Assembly (NCBI RefSeq): GCF_006345805.1
Contig: NC_043008.1
Location: 76,012,001-76,076,000 of the forward strand
DNA: 64,000 bases
Direction of reading: 5' to 3'
Origin: Octopus sinensis
Taxonomy: Eukaryota
Of the stretch, positions 25,646 through 40,744 are shown one piece after another (the first letter of the stretch is position 1; every line of letters starts with the position of its first letter). The notes beneath the pieces are model-generated. The model was not told the DNA's origin. It saw only the letters and a list, made by a program, of their open reading frames with translations, and ran no database searches. The position numbers and the translations under genes are program-made.

Positions 25646-27680
25646 TATATATATGGAGGAAGAAAGTGATTCTTTCAGTCGTGTACGATTTCATACGAAC
25701 TGCAAAATTTAACAAGCGTTGTAACGAAACGTAATCTTAGCGAAACTGAAATTATAGTCATTTAAAATCGTAGTCCTTTAAAAAACATCTCCACCGTTAA
25801 GGAAAAAGTAATAATGTAGTGAACAGCCACTATAAAATAAAACAAAAAGTGGATGTAAAAATTATATTTTATTTAAATGGCTATGATGACTTCTCTCTTA
25901 TACCTTTGTTAGAATATGTTACGTTATCATACAAAAAGGAATCGTGAAATATTGAAATGTGTAAATCTAGTTAGTGAAGCACCGGTGTTTCATCATTCAC
26001 AACGGGATTTAAAAATCACTAAATACATTTACTTCGGTGGCAACTACATTTCACGTGAACATTTGTAATCTCTTCATCTTTTAGTCAGGAGAGGGGGGTA
26101 CTTCTTACGCACATTTACAGAGCCTTCAGGATTGGCGTGAGAGACGGTTTGTATGCTCAAATAACTGACCTGATCTGCATACTTACATCAGAGAAAAAAA
26201 CCTGCGGTGGGAGATATAAGCATTAATCTTATTGACAGATCAAGTCTTCCAGCCAACTAGGTCATGGCAAAGTTTGAGCTCAGAAGGCAGAGAGCTGAAA
26301 CAAGAACCACAAAGCATCCTGCTCGGTTGTATCAGAGTTGTGCCATTCTACCGATATTGATGATTGAATGATACACTCACCTCTCTACTTCTGGTTGTTA
26401 TCTATAGAAGTATCTTAGTCCTCCGGTATGGAGCAGCGTGTTATCATCACACCTTCTCAACATACATTGATAAATTAGAATCCTCGCCCACTGCATTATT
26501 CGATTAGTAAAGAGCACATACTGATATTCCAGGTTTCAGGTGTCCAGTTTCACTCATTTCTTCACGCATTTCTGCAGTTCTACCTGAGAGACGTGCTGCG
26601 GAAAGACACGACTTACAAAGTTAGACCACCGCAGCTGAACGGAAATCTCTCCCGGGGGTGCAGCGACAGAGGTCTCTGCGCTTCAACAATCACTTTTGCT
26701 ACCGTTGTTATTTTATTTTGTTCATACTTCTTGTTGTGCTTGTAGTTTTTGTTGTCATCGTTGTCAAAACATTTTTGTTAGTGATGACGACATTATATTT
26801 GTTGATTAAGGTGATACCGCTGTTGCTATAATTCTTTTTATTTTGCACATTGTTGTTGTTGTTATTTGTATTGTTCCTTGGACAATGTTTAGCCTCTGAA
26901 GAGGTTTGGCAATCACAGCTTTATTGTCTCATATATCGATAAGGATGGCTGTGTGTTTGCTATTGTACAAAGTATGGTTATCATGCAAAGATGTTAATTA
27001 ATGTACGTGTTCAAATATTGGGGAAGCGATATTATTCAAACATTGTCAGCTCTATCCACTTCTATCTTCTTCAACTTGAAATTGGCCACATTTTAAAGAC
27101 ATTATTCAAATTATTACGTAGTTGATTTTTTAAACCGCCCGATTTTAGTACTGTCCGACATCAAAAGGTAGATATGGATCGTAAATATTGATATTGCTAT
27201 ACAGCGGCAGAGTTCCTACTCCATGCAGTTCAACACACTGCTTTGAATGTAATGACTCAAGTGTTAGAAAATACTAAAGGATGATAAAGAACATCTTGAC
27301 AAATTGACTGCCTGATTCGAAATGTCTCCAATAGGTGACAATTTATACAGAGCCAAGAGCTGCAGGTGCTGCAGTTTGAAGGAGTCAAGCAACTAAAAAC
27401 AGAACATTCTGCTGTTCTCGGTGATCTTGCGAGAGTAAATGTTAAGAGGAAACAAGCTAGAAAAATCAAACAAAGACATCATATCAAAGATTTTACAAAC
27501 CTCCCTGCAAACAGTAAATGCAGCTGAAAGTCCAATGGCTTAGAAATTATGACAAAACAAGGTATTCAAGACAGATGCAAAAACTTTTATAGGGAAGTTT
27601 GCAAAAGTAAGATAGAAGTAAAGGAGCTACCTAAGACTGAAGAAATGAAACTTTCTGGAAGACATGGAGCAAGAAAAAAG

Positions 27681-28669
<989 letters not shown>

Positions 28670-31084
28670 GAAAAAATATATAATGCTGAAGCTGCCTGGA
28701 TAGAACGTGAGAAAGTCAGACTGGATGATGTTGAAGAGCAGAAATAGAAGAGCTATGATGTGCTCTTAGGATATATCCCAGGATATATCCCAGCCAGAAC
28801 TAGAATGGAATCCTAACTTCTGGTTGAATTGTCTGATAGAAGTACACCAAAATCTCGCTGCATCGCTAACTGGTATCATCCAGAGACAAGTGCAAATACC
28901 TGGCTGACTGACGGAGCGACATACATTCTACCAAAAACTGAACATACAATAAATTCAAAGAACTACCGAACGGTAACATTTCTCAACATCACCAAGAACA
29001 TCTTCACATCTATAATATCTGAAAGAATATACGCTTTCCTAGAACAGAAGTCTATCCATCCACAAGCTCAAAAAGGTTGAAAAAGGAATTCTTATGGTTT
29101 CAAAGATGAATTACTCATAAATAAAATTAATGTAGAGAATTGCCGGAGCAACATGAAGAATCTGAGTATGGCATAGATAGACTAGAGGAAAGCGTTTGAA
29201 AGTGTTCCACATAATTGGCTACTCAAGGCTCTCCTGTATTCTTCAAATTCTTACAAGGTAGCATGGCAAATTGGAACACACATCTACTAAACCATGATAA
29301 TTGGATGAGCCAATCTAACAACACCAACATCAAACAAGACATCTTTCGCAGTGACTCCCTCTCCCCATTAATCTTTTGCATTGCGCTGACCCCACTGTCA
29401 AACGAACTGAATAGCATCAGGTGTGAGTTCAAAGTTTATAATACGATAATAATCTGTTTTATATGGACGATCTGAAGCTGTTTGCTAGAAATGACGAAGA
29501 GCTAGTAGGAAAGCTAATAACTGGTAAATAGTTCAACAATGATATTGTGATGGATTTTGGCCTTGATAAGTGTGTTAAAGCAACTTCTGCGAGAGGAAAG
29601 CTCAGGCCATCAGCTTCCATTAAATTAGATACCGAGGCTACCATGAATGACATTGACGTACAAGAAAGTTATAAATAGCTGGGGATAAATGAAGGAAATC
29701 TTAAACAACATGCTACTATGAAGGTAGAAATAAGAAAGAAGTATTACAGAAGATTGAGACTCATACTAAACACTGAAATCAACTCAAAAACACGCACTTC
29801 CAGTAGTCCAATACAGTTTTAACATCATTAACAGTAATCTTACAGAGATCCAACGCCTGGACAGGAAGACAAGAAAACTACTAGCATCTAAGAATATGTA
29901 CCACCCAAAAGCAGACGTTGATCACCTGTACCTACCTAAAGGTAATGGCCGAAGTGATGTGAAGCAAGTAGAAATGTGATATAACACCGCTGCAATAGCA
30001 ATGAACAGGTTCTTATCCTGTACCGACGACTGAGTATTGTGGCCTGTGTGCAAACACAAAAGCAGCAAAAATCGCATTGTATTGTCAAGGAAGCTTGTAA
30101 ATGCGCAAGGGAACTTGGCATCATCCCGGAATTAGGTGAAGAATCTGAAACCACTGCCACTAATTAAGCAAAACTGATGAAGCATATTGCAAAAAAGAAC
30201 GAGCAGAAACAAATTGAGGAGCTCGGAGCCTGAAGCCTCTGCATGGACAGTTTATACATCGAAGCGGAAATGCTTATGTTGACCAAGCAACAACCCATTA
30301 GTGGCTGAGAAGCTCAAGACTGAAAGCAGAGAGTGAAGGCTTCATATTGGCTGTACAAGATCAAAGGTTGCTTACCAAAAACTACCACGCTAACGTTCTT
30401 CAAAATAGTTCTGACCCTAAATGCAGATTTTGCGACACATTTGACGAAACAATAGACCTCTCGTCTGGGAATGTTCTCTGCTGACACCAAACTAATACAA
30501 AATCGCCACGCTAGATTAGGACTGTATTTATATTGGAACATATGTAAAAACCTCAAAATTAACACTCCTGCTTACTGGTATGAAAATCATCCTAAGCCAC
30601 TCGTCGAAGGTAAAATTGTCACTATCCTATGGGTTTTCCAGTCAACACTGATGGAACGATCCACGCTACTCGAGAAGACAAAATTATTAACGACAGGAAT
30701 GAAAATACATGTAAACTGATACAGGTAAGTGTTCCCACTGATAAAAATGTATCTGTAAAGGAATTTGACAAATTAAGTAAATATATGAACCAGGAAACTG
30801 AAATTTAAAAAATATGGAATCTTAAAGTGAGGACTGTTCCTGTTATTGTAGGTGCCCTAAGTATGATGAGAAAGTGATGTTAGGAATATCAAGATAGAAT
30901 ACCAGGGAAAACATGTCTCAAGAAAAACCGACATATTGTGCTGAAAAGTACTGCCCACATCCTTAGAAAAACCCAGTCAATTTAAATGTTCGTATTACAT
31001 GAATATAGTTCGCTACAGCCCCTGGCACGTCCCCTCCCTAAGCTTTCAATTATACAGTAACATCTCTTATCCTTCACTCAACCT

Positions 31085-32310
31085 AAGACACTGGATGTGT
31101 CTCGGCAAGTGATTTTAACAAACATGCAGATTGGGTAGCTTCACTCCTTAGTGAAGGGGTAATCGCATGGACAGTAGAGGAACTAAACAACTTAGACGGA
31201 AAGAAAAGAAAGTTGCTGACTAAATATGTGATACTCCATCCAAACTGTGACACAGACAGACTGTGTGTACCAAGAGAAAGAAGGGGAAGAGGACTGATTG
31301 AATTCAAACACAGCATTAAAGCAGAAGAAAACAATATAGCATGGTATGTAGAAGATGACACAGAACCGCTAGTATTGGAAGTAAGAAGGTCAGGCTTGTG
31401 TAAGATGGAATATTGCAAAGATAAAGCACTGCAGAAGCACTTCAGAATGAATGAAACTGAAAATAGGTGGAAAAAGAAAAGAATGCACAGACAATTTCAA
31501 AGCGATGTCGAAGATAAGTCAGACAGAGAAAAAAGATTGTCATCGATGACTAAAAGTGATTTAAAACTGGAAACGGAGGCTCCAATCTGTGCTGCCCAAG
31601 AGTAAGAATTAAGAAGCAATTACACCTAATAGAGAATACACAACACATCAGAAAGTGATAAGTGCAGAATTTGTGGAGAAAATGGTGAAACCGTATGGCA
31701 TATTATCAGTCAATGTACACCACTAGTCCAGGAACAATATAAGAGACGCCATGATAATATAGCAAGGATTTCCATTGGACAATTTGCAACATGTATGGAC
31801 TTGTCAGAGTAAAAATGTAATAAGAACATAAACTCGAAGACATTGTCGAAAAAGATAAAGCAAAGATACTATGGGATTTTATGATTCGGTGCGACCATGC
31901 GATAGAGAATACGATGCCAGACATAGCATTAATCGACAAAGAAGGCAAACAATGCTGGATCATAGATATAGCATGCCCAGCTGACAACAAGGTATAGGAT
32001 AAGGAAGAAAAACAAGTCAATAGATATGACAGGTTAGCTTGGGAGGTTAAGTAGTTGCTACCACTGTAAAAAATGGTAGTAATATCAAGAATTGTCGGAT
32101 CCCTGGGAACAGTGAGTAAAAAATTTGAGAAGTACATAGAACAAATAGGGGCTGCAATAAGTGTGAATCACTTGCAGAAAACAGCACTGTTTGGAACCGC
32201 TCGAATATTTCGAAAAATAAGGGGTGTTATCTTAGTTCACTGGTAGTGAACAGCTGACACCGTAGTACATCTCCAGTGTTAGGAGCTATGGAAATACAAA
32301 AAAGTATTAA
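31085..32310 (+). mobile_element. 3' fragment of a second R4/Dong-like LINE family
   Basis: LHPNCDTDRLCVPRERRGRGL; LKLETEAPICAAQE; CRICGENGETVWHIISQC (CCHC); RRHDNIA; ILWDF..PDIALIDK..CWIIDIACP (PD..D endonuclease); LQKTALFGTARI; 3' UTR ending in AT-rich (TAA-like) sequence. Confidence 0.9.
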
Positions 32311-32511
32311 TTATAATGATAGACATAATATCATTCATTTTCTCTCAAGACCCTTTCTTTCATGCTAAACGTATCACAAAGTTGTTCTGTCGATATGTGC
32401 AGATACCTTTATAAACGAAATACAGTTGGCGGGCCCCAAATGTTTCACAATAATTAAGTAAAATTTGCGAAAGGAAACGGAAATAATTTACACTTCATAT
32501 TTAAATCAATA

Positions 32512-33951
32512 TCTATAAATCTGAAATGCGAAAAGTTTGTTTGTCTGGCTTTGGCATTGGAACTGGTTAAAGGGCACTAGATCACGTCGGATTGACTCCA
32601 AAATTTGCAGAGACATGTAAAGTGAGATGAGGGTGTGAGTGGGCTAGGTTAGAAAGCCTTAGCTTAAGAGGTGTCGTTACTTGGGCAAAAAACGCACACT
32701 TTGACAAGTCTCCTCTAATTCTCTTATCTACATGTCTTCCTCCGTCTCTCTCTGTTTCCACCCTTCACATCTATAACGACGTTTGACACATACAACTATC
32801 TTTCACCCACCGCCTCCCTCTCTCTCTCTCCCACTCTCTCTCCCTGTCTGTCTGTCTGTCTCTCTCTATCTCCGTATGTCTGTCTGCATTCATAGAGAGT
32901 TTTATTATCGCCACAACAACCATACAATCATAAGAACAAATATTATGAATCAGATATTTATTGGGTTAATTTATGTGTGTGTGTGTGTGTGTGTTCTATG
33001 TGTAAATATGTATATATACAAAGTGTATATATCTGTATTTATATATATATATATATATATATATAATGTGTGCATTATGTTGTCAGTTGTGCTGAAAATA
33101 TGCACATCTATGTTAAAAGTGCTGACGAGTTTGCATGGCAACTATTTTTTTCCCCAAATTAAAGGCGTGACCTCTAGGACAAAATTCCCCATCTTATAAA
33201 ATGTGGCCCGAGTAGATCCGAATTAAATCGGGTTTTATTAACCAAAATGTGAAAAGAGGTCTAAATGGGGCTTGAAGGAGATTAAAATATTCAGGAGCGG
33301 GTGTTTAGGAATTCTCTGTCACATGAAGCTAAAAAATTTGCGCCAGCCTTTAAATCGCCAATGTGTTGCCGTCCATGATGAAGAAGTTTTGAATGCTTGC
33401 CATGGTGAATCTACTGTCGTGAGAAAGAATCACTTCAAAACTTGGTGTTTAGGAATTTTCTTTTACATCAAGTTCAAAATTTTACGCCAGCCGTTAAACT
33501 GCCACTACGTTGCTGTCCGTCGTTAAGAAATGCTAGCCATGGTGACTCTACTTTCCTCAGATTCTATCCCTTCAAACTTTGGTTTCAAATATTTATTTAT
33601 TTTTATTCAGCTCGCAAGTTCGTCTGTCCCTTTTAAATGTTAGTGTTTTGCTGTCTGCCTTGAAGCAGACCTTTCCGTTGTCAGTGCCTGGTATTTATGA
33701 TTGATCTTTCAAAATATTTTATTTCTCAACTTACTCAAGATATTTTGTTGTTTGTAAATGGGAGAAAGATAGATAAAGACAGAGAGTAAGAGAAAGCTAG
33801 GGAGAGTCCGAGAGAAATGAAGGATAAGAGAGTGAGAGAAAAAGGAGAGAGAAACAAAGAGGGAGAATGTGATGATAAAAAACAGAAAGAAAGCAACAGA
33901 AAGTAACAAGCACATTCTTACCCACGCGTAGAGTGGGTCACCTTAAGCTAG
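32512..33951 (+). mobile_element. Non-autonomous Helitron with both termini
   Basis: 5' A|TCTATAAATC..tttgtttgtctg; 3' hairpin acccac-gcgtaga-gtgggt (33920-33938), then CTAG (33948-33951) and T. Inserted in an A|T site with no TSD. Confidence 0.8.
33300..33580 (+). repeat. Diverged tandem duplication of about 144 bp inside the Helitron
   Basis: ggtgtttaggaatt..cgccagcc..gttgc.gtcc..gccatggtga.tctact..cttcaaa.ctt recurs at 33300 and 33444. Confidence 0.8.
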
Positions 33952-35310
33952 TATTTATATAAATATGAATAAACTAATATCGATGAAAAAACAACAAACT
34001 AAGAGAAATCTTCAATCGTTTACCGTCCCTCATCCCAACCCCAGTTGTTTTTCACTGTAGCATTACACCAAGTACTAACCGCTCTACACAACCTTCCACT
34101 CAAATATTTTTCACTGCAACTGCGATACAGTAAATATTGAAGGGGCCATACAATAAACAGATCGACTACAACTTTTTTTAGAATAATAGCTGAGTTACTT
34201 CTTTCAGAGCAAACTAATATTGTAAAATAGGATTACCATCACATGTACTGATGTTTATGTGATACCAATTGGGTCAGTTACCATATATATTGTGTGTGAG
34301 GAACTAATGTTAAATTATTCGTCTTCCTCTTATTGCTATATTAGCATGATAGATTTACTTATATAAGCATCAAGGAATGTATATCGAAACGAACTTTACA
34401 TTTAACTGGCATTTGTCTTCCGTTTCAGTCTATTTACACCATGGCACGTGAATCTCATCTGCAATTCAATGACTACTCATTATAATTGTCATCCGCAAAT
34501 TATGATTTCATTTCTGTTTTATCAATGATACTAGAGTACCGTCAAACATTAGTATCAACTGCCAAAACGATAAGTTATGGAGTTTAATTAGGTATAGTTT
34601 ATCTACGAGTAGTTGAAATATGTTACAGATGAATCTATTTCATTATTTAGCATGTGAATTTATAATTTCTTAGGCTTTCATTTTAAATCTAGTTTGTCTT
34701 AAGCTTTGCAACGTCCTGCGAGGCACGAACACCAATGCATACTTTACATTTTTTACAAATTTTAAGAAATCCTTTATGGGATTTGGAATGGTCTCATAAT
34801 GATGTTGACCAAGACTTAATTGACGCACGCGAAGTAAAAATGTTACTGTGAACAAAAGGCATTGCGTGGCAAGAGATTACGTTTTGTTTTACATTGCTTA
34901 AGTTAATGAATTTATTTAAAAAGTATACAATAACGTGAATGAACAAGTTTTTCACGAAAACATACTCCATGAAATTAAATGTTAAAGTTTCGAAACAGCA
35001 TCGCCGCAGTCAACTGACTGAAAGAAGGAAAGATACAAGGAAGAAATGGAAAGTTATTGCTCCTTTCATGTCATATCTTATTATGCTCTTTGATATATAT
35101 TTATAACTCTCTTTCCAGCTGATTAAATACATATCATCGGCATATCTACTAACAAATATACAAATATATTCTATAAATCACTCAAAGATCCTGTCATCTA
35201 AAAAGCATATACAATAATGCCTTCGATATGATTTATGTATTTGTCTATCTACCTATCTATCTATGGATCGGTTGATCTAATCTATCTACACTTATGTATA
35301 TATCATATAC

Positions 35311-35375
<65 letters not shown>

Positions 35376-35687
35376 CTATACAAACAAACAATTAAATATT
35401 TATACACGAAAAAGTTGACCTTTGACAGGACAACCTACATGCTAAAGAGCACAATCATATGTGTGAATGTGAGAGAGAGCTAGTGTGAATGTTTGTGTAT
35501 GTGTGTGTATGCGCGTGTGTGCTTATATGATTACGCGCAGAAAGTTTCTTCCTATTTCTCTCTAAATTTCTTTACGTATTTCTTTATATATTTGCTTATT
35601 GAAGGACATAACGGAAAACTATTTGAATTATGATGATTTTAAAATTTGATCTAGAACAACGCAGAGAAAAATATATCACAGGTATAT

Positions 35688-36080
35688 AGGCGCAGGAGTG
35701 GCTGTGTGGTAAGTAGCTTGCTAACCAGCCGCATGGTTCCGGGTTCAGGCCCACTGCGTAGCATCTTGGGCAAGTGTCTTCTGCTATAGCCCCGGGCCGA
35801 CCAATGCCTTGTGAGTGGATTTGGTAGACGCAAACTGAAAGAAAACTGTCGTATATATGTATATATATGTATATATGTGTATGTGTGTGTGTTTGTCCCC
35901 CTTGCATTGCTTGACAACCGATGCTGGTGTGTTTACGTCCCCGTCACTTAGTGGTTCGGCAAAAGAGGCCGATAGGATAAGTACTGGGCTTACAAAGAAT
36001 AAGTCCCGGGGTCGATTTGTTCGACTAAAGGTGGTGCTCCAGCATGGCCGCAGTCAAATGACTGAAACAAGTAAAATAAA
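35688..36080 (+). mobile_element. Full-length tRNA-derived SINE family A
   Basis: A-box-like tggctgtgtgg, B-box-like ggttcaggcc, cttgggcaagtgtctt central motif, internal (TA/TG)n and A-rich tail. Other copies occur in the window. Confidence 0.85.
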
Positions 36081-36185
36081 AAAAACAAAAAAATATATAA
36101 ACACACAGCTCGTCGACCTGTAACCAATTCTATAAGTGTCAACGCACGAAACTCTTGGCCTGAAGACAATCTGTTACATTTGCTA

Positions 36186-36338
<153 letters not shown>

Positions 36339-36535
36339 AGAAGAACTAAGGTACTCAGAAACCTGGATGGTTTCATATTTACAGGTATTTATAATTATGT
36401 CACATGTTTTTATACATCATATCTTAGCGCTTGCGCCCACTCTAGTGGAGACGCCAGATTGAACTTTTTCAGGAATTTTGTCTCTTCTTATAGTATTATT
36501 GTGTGTGTAGGGGTAGAGAGAGATATAAGACAGTA

Positions 36536-37337
36536 CAAGTGATTCGACAGTTGTGCCTGCAAAGAGGAGCTTCAATGGTTGAGGAGTATCCTCCAGGGGG
36601 TGCAAACTCACTTTGCCATCTAAACACCACAAACCAACCGTCTCTCCTGGCCACATTTTAGGGTTGCAAAATGAGCAAGTTGCTGACATACTTTCAAGAG
36701 TCATGTCTAGTTGACTGCCATAATCGATAGCGCGGCTGTACTCGAAAGCTGTGAAGGTCATTGTGCATTGTATGGCTTTGGGCACATTTGTTGAGAGCTC
36801 GTTGTTGCACATTTCTCTCTAGCCGAATACAACGTGCTTGTGAGGTTTGCGAAGCTCGCGTAGCCGAAGTCGATGCGGCATCAGCAGTTTGACCACGTCT
36901 GCGTTCGTCCTCAGTTTCCCCAGAGCACGCAACTGAAGTCGATGTGATATTAGCAGTTTGTCGACGTTTGCGATGGTCTTCAGTTTCCACAGCTTGCGGA
37001 GCTGAAGTCGACGCTGCATTTGCAGTTTGACAATGTTTGTGCTGGTCTTCAAATTCCGCAGCTCACGCAGCTGACGTCGATGCGGCATTAAGAGATCGAC
37101 GACATCTGCGCTGGTCTTCAGACTCCACAGCTCGAGCAGCTGAAGTCGACTCTTCATCAACTGATTGTCGAAATGATCGTTGTTGGATTGTTTCGTTCGC
37201 TCTTCTGGTGGCGGTATATTCAGCGTCCTCTGACCATCTAACAGCAGATGTCACTGGCGATTCCTTAGCCTACCTTGCTCTTTATCGTGCTGCCCCTGCA
37301 GTTTTTGTCCAATGAAACATCTCTTTCTTCGAGGCAT
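36536..37337 (-). pseudogene. Helitron RepHel N-terminal fragment
   Basis: Starts MPRRKRCFIGQK (ATG at 37337); charged repeats (ESEDQRRCR / ETEDHRKRR / ETEDERRRG); then MSATCSFCNPKMWPGETVGLWCLDGKVSLHPLEDTPQPLKLLFAG, resembling the Helitron zinc-finger-like N-terminus. Confidence 0.8.
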
Positions 37338-39602
37338 GACCTAAAGCCGGGACAAATATTCTGAATGTCACTGTTGCAGGGAATTTAAGCCGTATTCATG
37401 TAATATTCGTGCCTTAATCGAGGTTTAGACGTGGAAGTAGATGCAAAAGGTGCCGTGGGGTAGAAGTAGTGCTACTATTTCTACTATTGCTATGTAACGC
37501 TTACTTTAAATGAAGCAGTAATAGAAGCCTTACTTTCTTTAATAGCAAAACTGATAGAAAGGGGTACAAAAAGAGCTGTTGGCAGTAGCAGTAGTTGTAA
37601 AAGTAGTACTACCACCGCAACTGCTATGCTTACTTTGCAGACCACAGTAACGGCAGCTTTACCTTCTGACGCAATCATAATCATAAATGTAAGGCGTGAG
37701 TAAAAGGCGTTTACAGGAGAATGATTGAAGATATCGTAAGCACTTACCAACTCTCTGTAGAAAATGTGAAAGACTCGCCTTGTGTAATGGAAGCTGAAAG
37801 TAGAACTCGTGTTGCTAAAAAGGTCAAGTACTCCTTGAAATGATTGGCCTGTCGTAACCCCAATCACAAAGTCTCGTAATAGGACAAAACACGTCAGAGC
37901 GCTTGAAACATATAGTCAATTTTGTGAAAGATGTATGAGTGTGTGCATGTGATTATTTTATGGTGTAATGGATTTTCAACGCTCGTTACAATTGCAGCCT
38001 CATGAATAACATGACTCAAGGGCACAGATCGATTTCAATGTCACGGCAAATAATCAATACTTTACCCAGGTGCAATGTATAAGCTGAATAAATAGGCAAC
38101 TGTCCAATGCATTAAAAAAATATAAGTGCTCTAATTGAAGCACCGAGAATGTTTTCGGAAATAAAAGTTACTTGCCCGACCTCAGAATTATTTAATGCGC
38201 TGTAATGTGCATGTTAATCACAAAAAATCCGTTAAATAACGCGGAGAAAGTTATTAGTAAGGTGTGTCAGATGTGTTACCGTCATAGAGCTGAACCAAAA
38301 AATTCTGCACGCGAATTTGGTAATGTTATACTGGTCTATCTATTACCGAATCTCTTCTCTGAATTCGATAATAAAGCAATGCGCATAAGTACTGGCAACC
38401 TTTTATGACTCATTGAATAATTTGATTGATAATGTGTAGTACCTAGGTTATAGCAGCAATCCAAAGAGCTTCAGTGGCCATAACGTCATCAAAATATTTT
38501 GACACGTCCGTGAGCATGAAAAGCCTGCGCACTGTGCTGTTAACAGATTTGGGCGGAAGCCATGCTGCATTTAAGAGAAGATTTACTCCAAAAAATTTTT
38601 ATTTCGGGAAAAAATCAATATACCTTTGCTCTTCCATATTGTAGCTGTGCTGATTTGAAAAATAGATTCCGAATTGAAATTCATTTTATAACACCATTCC
38701 TGCACATGTAATTGCCAGGTGTTTATAAGCGCTGAATAAACTTTGCTTGAGATTTCAGGCGCGTAAAATATATCGATTTTTCACCTTACGCGTATAAACT
38801 GCACGTTTACGTGCAAGGCAGTTCACAAAAAAATCTTTCAGGTGAAATACTGTAAAGAATTGTTTTATTGTCAATTGTAGCCTATAAATCAGTGGGAATC
38901 GAAATATTTAAAAACAGAGAAATATCTCCGGAACAAAACCTATTCGGTGTAACAATTTTGAAGGAAATCTTTCGTCAAACGTATTAGTTCCCAAATGTAA
39001 TAAATAGCAAATAATAAGTTGATTTACAGTACTTTAATAAGAGAAATTCAAACATTTTAACAGTGATAAATAATGTTTGGTGCACAGTGTGCATGTATGC
39101 AAACCTATATGACAATCGGACAAACGGTGGAGGAGCTAAAGCATTATCGGCTTTTTGGATGTGCTACACCTCGCAAAGGAAGTACCCTATAAGTATGCAA
39201 ATTTTGCAAACTGTAGACAAGGGTCTAATGTACAATGGGAGCGAAGTTGAGCGCAATCGGATAAAAGATTTAGGCGTTATGTCCAAAAGAGCATTTTGTG
39301 AGTCCTTTCTTCTCATCCAGTACTCAAACGAAATGGAATTTCAAAAACCTAATGACACTATTAAGCTCCTTAGATAAAAATGCATAAGTATGTTGATTTT
39401 GATCAAAGTCGAACAACTTTTGAAAAAAACTCGATATTGATTTATCGATTTTTCGGGGAGACCTGATAAAAATATGAAAAAATCAATAGCGTCGCGACCC
39501 GTCACGTCCAAAAATGATACGTAAAGTTTCAAAGAAAAAAGTCGGCTAGTTTCGGAGAAGAATCCGGAACGACAGGCACACAGACAATCTCTATACTATA
39601 GA
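36536..39602 (-). mobile_element. 5' part of a formerly autonomous Helitron, 3'-truncated
   Basis: Minus-strand 5' end TCTATAGTATAGAGATTGTCTGTGTGCCTGTC..CCGAAACT at 39602, upstream of the RepHel N-terminus. Continuity across 37.4-39.5 kb is inferred, and the preceding base is C rather than the canonical A. Confidence 0.55.
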
Positions 39603-39990
39603 GGTTGGTGTTATAAGGGGTTTCATTGGTTTCTCACACAACTTCACCAATCAAGGGGTTCTAGTGTGGGGAGTTAGGTGGCCAGATATTAGGGGCGATG
39701 TGGTCGCAGAAATTGTCTGACAGCTATGAATAGATTCTCCTGCATGTGTGGCATGGTTCAGAGCTCTGTTGCTAGACATAGGGTCTTCTAGCAGCCACCC
39801 TCCTGTCCCAGGGCAGCACTACCTCCCCCAGGCACTTGATGTAGGCCTCCGTGTTGAGTCTGAGGTCGTGTGGGAAGATGAATGGAGACATAACGTCGCC
39901 ATCATTAGTGATCGCTCCAAACACCACGATGTTGACAGAATGTTTGATTATTATCGCTCTCGGTACAGGTCCTCAGATTGTTCTATTCCC
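39603..39990 (-). pseudogene. Tc1/mariner DD37D (maT-like) transposase fragment
   Basis: KHSVNIVVFGAITNDGDVMSPFIFPHDLRLNTEAYIKCL..PYV*QQSSEPCH..WPPNSPH*NPL(D), with 37 residues between the D2 and D3 positions. D2 is mutated to S and D3 is read across a 1-nt slip. Confidence 0.8.
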
Positions 39991-40144
39991 GACATATACA
40001 TAAATGTAATTCCTTGGCCCATATTATATATATATGTATATATAATATATATATATATATAGATATTTACACAGACACACATATATGTGTGCTTATATAT
40101 ATATATATACTCACGTACATATACATACACACACTCACTCACAC

Positions 40145-40191
<47 letters not shown>

Positions 40192-40744
40192 GACATGTAC
40201 AAATGATTGAATAAAAAGAATTCAACAAACAGAAAAATTTAACAAAACATGACCAGCGGAAATATAGACAAAAGAATAGTACACGGAAAATTCGCAGCAG
40301 ATTTCTGTTGTATTTGCATAATCTATTATTATTATTTGCTTTGTTTGTTTTATATATTATTTTAATCTCTCGTGTTTGTTTCCGTTCGTTTCCAGTATCT
40401 ATCTGCTCTTGCGCTGCTAAGACGGACTGGTATCAGTATTAAAGGCACGAAACCACTATGATCTCATGGAAATTGACTGAGATACCGTTTATGTTTTTGC
40501 TAATTTTTTCTGTTTGTTGTATTCTCTCTATTTAATCTTTGAAATATCTATGTAATGCAACGCACCCCTTATATTTGTTTATTTATATATGTATGTGTAT
40601 GTGTGTGTATGTGCGTGTGCGTGTGTGTCTGTGTGTGTTTCAAGGAGATACTGTCTTTCACGTTGCTCCAATCCACTCAGCTATTAAACATGTGTTGCAC
40701 CTTTTATTTTTCTTTGACACGCTGACACTCCATTAGAATTGTGT

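Noticed and set aside
35688-35780. tRNA gene candidates from A/B boxes, also at 43040-43120 and 52524-52570
   Set aside because: No complete cloverleaf; they continue into repeated SINE bodies, so they are SINE heads.
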